Positions 53,801 through 63,048 of a stretch of 63,048 bases of DNA are shown here, piece by piece. The notes beneath the pieces are model-generated. The model saw nothing but the letters and a program-made list of their open reading frames with translations, searched no databases and was not told the DNA's origin. The stretch is from Nemertoderma westbladi. Lineage: Eukaryota > Animalia > Xenacoelomorpha. How positions within the stretch are numbered: position 1 is the first letter of the stretch; every line of letters starts with the position of its first letter. The stretch spans positions 1 through 63,048 of the forward strand of contig JAUCBJ010000449.1 of NCBI GenBank assembly GCA_032718475.1, given 5' to 3'. The position numbers and the translations under genes are program-made.

Positions 53801-56800
53801 GTCGGGAAGCTCGAGCTCTATCCAACGGAAGCGGTCCCGGGATCGTAAATTAAGAAGTTCTCGAGATATAGAGGAAAATTAACGAGTCGTTAAAAAATGC
53901 AGTAATTAGCAATTAGCGCTAATTAAGAGCGAATTAATTAATCGAATCTCGAAATTAACGGTGCCAATCGATGGGAAATAACGAGAGGAGCTCGCCAATT
54001 TTTTAAATTTTCGAAAAGACCCAGCGGAAGCCGAGATAAATGGATTTTCGTAAAATCGGGGTCCCGACCACCAAGTCGAATATCAGCGTCGAATCATCAC
54101 CTTTGGGAAGTAGGCGAAAATATACCGAAAAAGCAAAATGAGCGATATTGATTTAAAATTCGAAACTTTTTGGTCGATACGGGTTCGCTAGTGGACGATA
54201 AACACAATTTTAGTCAATTTGCCCAAAAGGGTCATTTTTATGATCTTTGATCATGATCTTTATGATCTTTGGCCTAAAGCATGGAATATGAGTATTTTCA
54301 TATTTTATATTAATTAATACAATGTACGCAAAGTCTATGGGGACATTTCCAGACATACTTTCACATTTATCTTTGAAATTTAAATCATTTGTTCACCCAG
54401 CCATGCAATGGCTGGGTGAACCACCCAAATATTAAGCGATGAAATCCACAAAGCCTTTAAATACATTATAGGGTGGTGGGTGGGGCTAGTGGTTAGTGTT
54501 TATACATAGTTAGGTAATGATTGTATATATAGCAATTTGTTAAAAAAGGGAATGGATATAGCTTTATGTTACATAAGACAGTAAATTTTGATTTTCCGAG
54601 TCACGAATATACACCATGGTCACCGTTTAGAATAGGCGAGAATACAACTAATTCGAATCCATGTGTTGGGAATATAGTGGAACAACTACATACGAGATAC
54701 TTCTTCGACTACTAGAACCATTAACTATAGCTCTTCAAACTAATTCTAGAACAACTTTTACCTACTAAAAAAACCAATAAAATATAATTAAACCTATATA
54801 ATAATAAAAATATAATAATAATAAGGCCAATTAAGCTACACTGATCAAGAATAAATGATAAAAAAACGATATCACTGGATGACAGAGGTTGTTTTTTTAC
54901 CGCCGCAAGGCGGAAAAGGGCTTTAGCCCTCACTAACTACTATATACACCTCACCCAATACTAAAAATCCGGGAATGTGGAAGAAAGGGGGGTATTTGGG
55001 CGAGTTAGGGTATAAGGGGGCGCTTAGGGGGCAAGCCGACCATCCCAGTAGGTGGATAGACCCCCTATTAACTTTCTAAATTTTGATTTCGAGCGAATCC
55101 GACCGACGGTTTTCGAGTTGGGCCCAATGGAACGTTTTAGAAATTTGAATTTCCCGCCAAACGCTACAGCCAAACTGGCTATAGATGGAGACTAGCGGCC
55201 AACGGGATCGCGTAGGGGGTATAGATGTTAGTCCAGCTCATTCTTTTTTTGGAACGACTCGACCTATAGGGGCCGATCGGTAGCTGATCGAACACGATCT
55301 TTACGATCTTTGGCGAAATACGACCGGAAGGAGTGGGAATTTGAGAAAAGTTTGAAAGTAGAAAATGTTCCTCACCCCCGAATTATGCTAGACGGACCCG
55401 ATAAAAATTTGAAAAAAATTAATTCTAGGGGGTCTACGGGGCCAACGAAGCTTTCCGATTGGACGATATTATTTTCGCCTATTACTACGGGAAGGAACGG
55501 TTTTAAGTTAAAACATGTACAAGAGATATGGTCGGGAAGCTCGAGCTCTATCCAACGGAAGCGGTCCCGGGATCGTAAATTAAGAAGTTCTCGAGATATA
55601 GAGGAAAATTAACGATTCGTTAAAAAATGCAGTAATTAGCAATTAGCGCTAATTAAGAGCGAATTAATTAATCGAATCTCGAAATTAACGGTGCCAATCG
55701 ATGGCAAACAACGAGAGGAGCTCGCCAATTTTTTAAATTTTAAAAAAGACCCAGCGAAAGCCGAGATAAATTGATTTTCGTAAAATCGGGGTCCCGACCA
55801 CCAAGTCGAATATCGGCGTCGAATCGCCACCTTTGGGAAATAGGCGAAAATATACCGAAAAAGCAAAACGAGCGATATTGATTTAAAATTCGAAACTTTT
55901 TGGTCGATACGGGTTTGCTAGTGGACGATATACACTATTTTAGTCAATTTATCCAAAAGGGTCATTTTTATGATCTTTGATCATGGTCTTTATGATCTTT
56001 GGCCTAAAGCATGGAATATGAGTATTTTCCTATTTTATATTAATTCATACATTGTAAGCAAAGTCTATGGGGACATTTCCAGACATACATTCACATTTAT
56101 CTTTGAAATTTTAATCATTTGTTCACCCAGCCATGCAATGGCTGGGTGAACCACCAAAATATTAAGCGATGAAATCCGCAAAGCCTTTAAATACATTATA
56201 GGGTGGTGGGTGGGGCTAGTGGTTAGTGTTTATACATAGTTAGGTAATGATTGTATATATAGCGAGTTGTTAAAACAGGGAATGAATATAACTTTATGTT
56301 ACATAAGACAGTAAATTTCGATATTCCGATTTACAAATACACACTATCGCCACCTTTTAGGGTAGGGGAGAATACAACTGGTTATAGCGGAATAACTATG
56401 TACGAGATACTTCTTCGACTTCTACATTAGAACAATTATAGTACAGTACTATAGCTCTTTAAACTAATTCTAGAACTCCGTTTACCTACTAAAAAACAAA
56501 TAAATATAATTAAATTTATAATAATAATAATAATAATAACAAGGTCTACTAAAATATACACAAGCTATACTGATCAAGAATAAATGATAAAAAAACGATA
56601 TCACTGGATGATAGAGGATGTTTTTTAACCGCCGCAAGGCGGAAAAGGGCTTTAGCCCTCACTAACCACTACCACCTCCTCACCCAATACTAACAATCCG
56701 GGAATATATACAGAAAGGGGGTATACTTGGGCGAGTTAGGGTATAAGGGGGCGCTTAGGGGGGAAGCCGACCATCCCAGTAGGTGGATAGACCCCCTATT

Positions 56801-59800
56801 AACTTTCTAAATTTTGATTTCGAGCGAATCCGACCGACGGTTTTCGAGTTGGGCCCAATGGAACGTTTTAGAAATTTGAATTTCCCGCCAAACGCTACAG
56901 CCAAACTGGCTATAGATGGAGACTAGCGGCCAACGGGATCGCGTAGGGGGTATAGATGTTAGTCCAGCTCATTCTTTTTTTGGAACGACTCGACCTATAG
57001 GGGCCGATCGGTAGCTGATCGAACACGATCTTTACGATCTTTGGCGAAATACGACCGGAAGGAGTGGGAATTTGAGAAAAGTTTGAAAGTAGAAAATGTT
57101 CCTCACCCCCGAATTATGCTAGACGGACCCGATAAAAATTTGAAAAAAATTAATTCTAGGGGGTCTACGGGGCCAACGAAGCTTTCCGATTGGACGATAT
57201 TATTTTCGCCTATTACTACGGGAAGGAACGGTTTTAAGTTAAAACATGTACAAGAGATATGGTCGGGAAGCTCGAGCTCTATCCAACGGAAGCGGTCCCG
57301 GGATCGTAAATTAAGAAGTTCTCGAGATATAGAGGAAAATTAACGAGTCGTTAAAAAATGCAGTAATTAGCAATTAGCGCTAATTAAGAGCGAATTAATT
57401 AATCGAATCTCGAAATTAACGGTGCCAATCGATGGCAAACAACGAGAGGAGCTCGCCAATTTTTTAAATTTTCGAAAAGACCCAGCGGAAGCCGAGATAA
57501 ATGGATTTTCGTAAAATCGGGGTCCCGACCACCAAGTCGAATATCAGCGTCGAATCGCCACCTTTGGGAAGTAGGCGAAAATATACCGAAAAAGCAAAAT
57601 GAGCGATATTGATTTAAAATTCGAAACTTTTTGGTCGATACGGGTTCGCTAGTGGACGATATACACAATTTTAGTTTATTTACCCAAAAGGGTCATTTTT
57701 ATGATCTTTGATCATGATCTTTATGATCTTTGGCCTAAAGCATGGAATAAGAGTATTTTTATATTAAATTGTAATTCGTACATTATAAGCAAAGTCTATG
57801 GGGACATTGTCAGACATACTTTAAAATTTATCTTTGAAATTTAAATCATTTGTTCACCCAGCCATGCAATGGCTGGGTGAACCACCAAAATATTAAGCGA
57901 TGAAATCCGCAAAGCCTTTAAATACATTATAGGGTGGTGGGTGGGGCTAGTGGTTAGTGTTTATACATAGTTAGGTAATGATTGTATATATAGCGAGTTG
58001 TTAAAACAGGGAATGAATATAACTTTATGTTACATAAGACAGTAAATTTCGATATTCCGATTTACAAATACACACTATCGCCACCTTTTAGGGTAGGGGA
58101 GAATACAACTGGTTATAGCGGAATAACTATGTACGAGATACTTCTTCGACTTCTACAGTAGAACAATTACAGTACTATAGCTCTTTAAACTAATTCTAGA
58201 ACTCCGTTTACCTACTAAAAAAACAAATAAATATAATTAAATTTATAATAATAATAATAATAATAACAAGGTCTACTAAAATATACACAAGCTATACTGA
58301 TCAAGAATAAATGATAAAAAAACTCACATCACTGGATGACAGAGGTTGTTTTTTAACCGCCGCAAGGCGGAAAAGGGCTTTAGCCCTCACTAACTACTAT
58401 ATACACCTCACCCAATACTAAAAATCCGGGAATGTGGAAGAAAGGGGGGTATTTGGGCGAGTTAGGGTATAAGGGGGCGCTTAGGGGGCAAGCCGACCAT
58501 CCCAGTAGGTGGATAGACCCCCTATTAACTTTCTAAATTTTGATTTCGAGCGAATCCGACCGACGGTTTTCGAGTTGGGCCCAATGGAACGTTTTAGAAA
58601 TTTGAATTTCCCGCCAAACGCTACAGCCAAACTGGCTATAGATGGAGACTAGCGGCCAACGGGATCGCGTAGGGGGTATAGATGTTAGTCCAGCTCATTC
58701 TTTTTTTGGAACGACTCGACCTATAGGGGCCGATCGGTAGCTGATCGAACACGATCTTTACGATCTTTGGCGAAATACGTCCGGAAGGAGTGGGAATTTG
58801 GGAAAAGTTTGAAAGTAGAAAATGTTCCTCACCCCCGAATTATGCTAGACGGACCCGATAAAAATTTGAAAAAAATTAATTCTAGGGGGTCTACGGGGCC
58901 AACGAAGCTTTCCGATTGGACGATATTATTTTCGCCTATTACTACGGGAAGGAACGGTTTTAAGTTAAAACATGTACAAGAGATATGGTCGGGAAGCTCG
59001 AGCTCTATCCAACGGAAGCGGTCCCGGGATCGTAAATTAAGAAGTTCTCGAGATATAGAGGAAAATTAACGAGTCGTTAAAAAATGCAGTAATTAGCAAT
59101 TAGCGCTAATTAAGAGTGAATTAATTAATCGAATCTCGAAATTAACGGTGCCAATCGATGGGAAACAACGAGAGGAGCTCGCCAATTTTTTAAATTTTCG
59201 AAAAGACCCAGCGGAAGCCGAGATAAATGGATTTTCGTAAAATTGGGGTTCCGACCACCTAGTCGAATATCGGAGGCGAATCACCACCTTTGGGAAATAG
59301 GCAAAAATATACCGAAAAAGCAAAACGAGCGATATTGATTTAAAATTCGAAACTTTTTGGTCGACACGGGCTCGCTAGTGGATGATATACACTATTTTAG
59401 TCAATTTATCCAAAAGGGTCATTTTTATGATCTTTGATCATGATCTTTATGATCTTTGGCCTAAAGCATGGAATAATAGTATTTTTATATTAAATTGTAA
59501 TTCGTACATTATAAGCAAAGTCTATGGGGCCATTTTCAGACATACTTTAAAATTTATCTTTGAAATTTAAATCATTTGTTCACCCAGCCATGCAATGGCT
59601 GGGTGAACCACCAAAATATTAAGCAATGATATCCGCAAAGCCTTTAAATATATTATTAGGGTGGTGGGTGGGGCTAGTGGTGCTAGTGTTTATACATAGT
59701 TAGGTAATGATTGTATATATAGCGAGTTCTTAAAACAGGGAATGAATATAACTTTATGTTACATAAGACAGTAAATTTCGATATTCCGATTTACAAATAC

Positions 59801-62800
59801 ACACTATCGCCACCTTTTAGGGTAGGGGAGAATACAACTGGTTATAGCGGAATAACTATGTACGAGATACTTCTTCGACTTCTACATTAGAACAATTACA
59901 GTACTATAGCTCTTTAAACTAATTCTAGAACTCCGTTTACCTACTAAAAAACAAATAAATATAATTAAATTTATAATAATAATAATAATAATAATAACAA
60001 GGTCTACTAAAATATACACAAGCTATACTGATCAAGAATAAATGATAAAAAAACGATATCACTGGATGATAGAGGATGTTTTTTAACCGCCGCAAGGCGG
60101 AAAAGGGCTTTAGCCCTCACTAACCACTACCACCTCCTCACCCCATACTAACAATCCGGGAATTATGTACAGAAAGGGGTATACTTGGGCGAGTTAGGGT
60201 ATAAGGGGGCGCTTAGGGGGGAAGCCGACCATCCCAGTAGGTGGATAGACCCCCTATTAACTTTCTAAATTTTGATTTCGAGCGAATCCGACCGACGGTT
60301 TTCGAGTTGGGCCCAATGGAACGTTTTAGAAATTTGAATTTCCCGCCAAACGCTACAGCCAAACTGGCTATAGATGGAGACTAGCGGCCAACGGGATCGC
60401 GTAGGGGGTATAGATGTTAGTCCAGCTCATTCTTTTTTTGGAACGACTCGACCTATAGGGGCCGATCGGTAGCTGATCGAACACGATCTTTACGATCTTT
60501 GGCGAAATACGACCGGAAGGAGTGGGAATTTGAGAAAAGTTTGAAAGTAGAAAATGTTCCTCACCCCCGAATTATGCTAGACGGACCCGATAAAAATTTG
60601 AAAAAAATTAATTCTAGGGGGTCTACGGGGCCAACGAAGCTTTCCGATTGGACGATATTATTTTCGCCTATTACTACGGGAAGGAACGGTTTTAAGTTAA
60701 AACATGTACAAGAGATATGGTCGGGAGGCTCGAGCTCTATCCAACGGAAGCGGTCCCGGAATCGTAAATTAAGAAGTTCTAGAGATATAGAGGATAATTA
60801 ACGAGTCGTTAAAAAATGCAGTAATTAGCAATTAGCGCTAATTAAGAGCGAATTAATTAATCGAATCTCGAAATTAACGGTGCCAATCGATGGGAAACAA
60901 CGAGAGGAGCTCGCCAATTTTTTAAATTTTCGAAAAGACCCAGCGGAAGCCGAGATAAATGGATTTTCGTAAAATCGGGGTCCCGACCGCCAAGTTGAAT
61001 ATCAGCGTCGAATCGCCACCTTTGGGAAGTAGGCGAAAATATACCGAAAAAGCAAAATGAGCGATATTGATTTAAAATTCGAAACTTTTTGGTCGATACG
61101 GGTTCGCTAGTGGACGATATTCACAATTTTAGTTTATTTACCCAAAAGGGTCATTTTTATGATCTTTGATCATGATCTTTATGATCTTTGGCCTAAAGCA
61201 TGGAATAAGAGTATTTTTATATTAAATTGTAATTCGTACATTATAAGCAAAGTCTATGGGGACATTGTCAGACATACTTTAAAATTTATCTTTGAAATTT
61301 AAATCATTTGTTCACCCAGCCATGCAATGGCTGGGTGAACCACCAAAATATTAAGAGATGAAATCCGCAAAGCCTTTAAATACATTATAGGGTGGTGGGT
61401 GGGGCTAGTGGTTAGTGTTTATACATAGTTAGTTAATGATTGTATATGATTGTATATGTATATGATTGTATATATAGCGAGTTGTTAAAAAAGGGAATGG
61501 ATATAACTTTATGTTACAAAAGACTATGAATTTAGATCTATCGAGTTACGAATATACACTATCGCCACCTTTTAGCGTAGCGTAGGGGAGGAATACAATT
61601 AGTTGGAATCTATGTATGGGGAATATAGCGGAACAACTATGTACGAGATACTTCTTCGACTAATAGAACAATAACTATAGCTCTTTAAACTAATTCTAGA
61701 ACTACATTTACCTACTAAAAAAACAATTAAATATAAATAATAATAATAATAATAATACAAATTAATAATACTAATTAATGAAAAATAAATGATAAAAAAA
61801 CTCACATCACTGGATGACAGAGGATGTTTTTTAACCGCCGCAAGGCGGAAAAGGGCTTTAGCCCTCACTAACCACTACCACCTCCTCACCCCATACTAAC
61901 AATCCGGGAATTTATACAGAAAGGGGTATACTTGGGCGAGTTAGGGTATAAGGGGGCGCTTAGGGGGGAAGCCGACCATCCCAGTAGGTGGATAGACCCC
62001 CTATTAACTTTCTAAATTTTGATTTCGAGCGAATCCGACCGACGGTTTTCGAGTTGGGCCCAATGGAACGTTTTAGAAATTTGAATTTCCCGCCAAACGC
62101 TACAGCCAAACTGGCTATAGATGGAGACTAGCGGCCAACGGGATCGCGTAGGGGGTATAGATGTTAGTCCAGCTCATTCTTTTTTTGGAACGACTCGACC
62201 TATAGGGGCCGATCGGTAGCTGATCGAACACGATCTTTACGATCTTTGGCGAAATACGACCGGAAGGAGTGGGAATTTGAGAAAAGTTTGAAAGTAGAAA
62301 ATGTTCCTCACCCCCGAATTATGCTAGACGGACCCGATAAAAATTTGAAAAAAATTAATTCTAGGGGGTCTACGGGGCCAACGAAGCTTTCCGATTGGAC
62401 GATATTATTTTCGCCTATTACTACGGGAAGGAACGGTTTTAAGTTAAAACATGTACAAGAGATATGGTCGGGAAGCTCGAGCTCTATCCAACGGAAGCGG
62501 TCCCGGAATCGTAAATTAAGAAGTTCTCGAGATATAGAGGAAAATTAACGAGTCGTTAAAAAATGCAGTAATTAGCAATTAGCGCTAATTAAGAGCGAAT
62601 TAATTAATCGAATCTCGAAATTAACGGTGCCAATCGATGGGAAACAACGAGAGGAGCTCGCCAATTTTTTAAATTTTCGAAAAGACCCAGCGGAAGCCGA
62701 GATAAATGGATTTTCGTAAAATCGGGGTCCCGACCACCAAGTCGAATATCAGCGTCGAATCACCACCTTTGGGAAGTAGGCGAAAATATACCGAAAAAGC

Positions 62801-63048
62801 AAAATGAGCGATATTGATTTAAAATTCGAAACTTTTTGGTCGATACGGGTTCGCTAGTGGACGATATACACTATTTTAGTCAATTTACCCAAAAGGGTCA
62901 TTTTTATGATCTTTGATCATGATCTTTATGATCTTTGGCCTAAAGCATGGAATAAGAGTATTTTTATATTAAATTGTAATTCGTACATTATAAGCAAAGT
63001 CTATGGGGACATTGTCAGACATACTTTAAAATTTATCTTTGAAATTTA

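Larger units (their letters stand above)
21782..63048. repeat. Macrosatellite: 24 head-to-tail ~1.73-1.77 kb units (last truncated by window end), possibly derived from a non-autonomous rolling-circle element
   Basis: Equivalent positions recur at 22214, 23965, 25703, 27433 ... 62246. Each unit has a near-invariant core, conserved hairpins, G-tracts, variable allele blocks and often an (AAT)n microsatellite. The left junction is CCCCTT|GATGATAGAGG. Confidence 0.97.

Overview
Eukaryotic genomic DNA, most likely from an invertebrate animal (inferred from CEP350, GT-AG introns and a multi-TIR gene). The window starts with an inverted SMART/PacBio ultra-low-input adapter dimer, which is an artefact. 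Two convergent genes are supported. On + is a ~4-kb terminal exon of a CEP350-like centrosomal protein (6235-10280) with no recognisable CAP-Gly domain. On - is a two-exon gene (19207-18898 + 17715-15758, ~755 aa) with an acidic N-terminus and a TIR-SAM-TIR-TIR architecture, a candidate innate-immune NADase or signalling protein. There are five minisatellites (34, 31, 42, 37 and 42 bp units); three of them consist of tandem copies of a 5' splice-site motif (GTRAGT) in the sense of the adjacent gene. There is also a Harbinger/Tourist-like MITE and an inverted-repeat-bounded segment holding a mucin-like repeat. From 21782 to the end lie 24 head-to-tail ~1.73-1.77 kb units (the last partial). They have no credible coding capacity but carry conserved hairpins (GNRA loops, one compensatory base pair), a fixed-length hypervariable cassette and mosaic allele blocks. 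All identifications come from reading motifs by eye; no searches were run.
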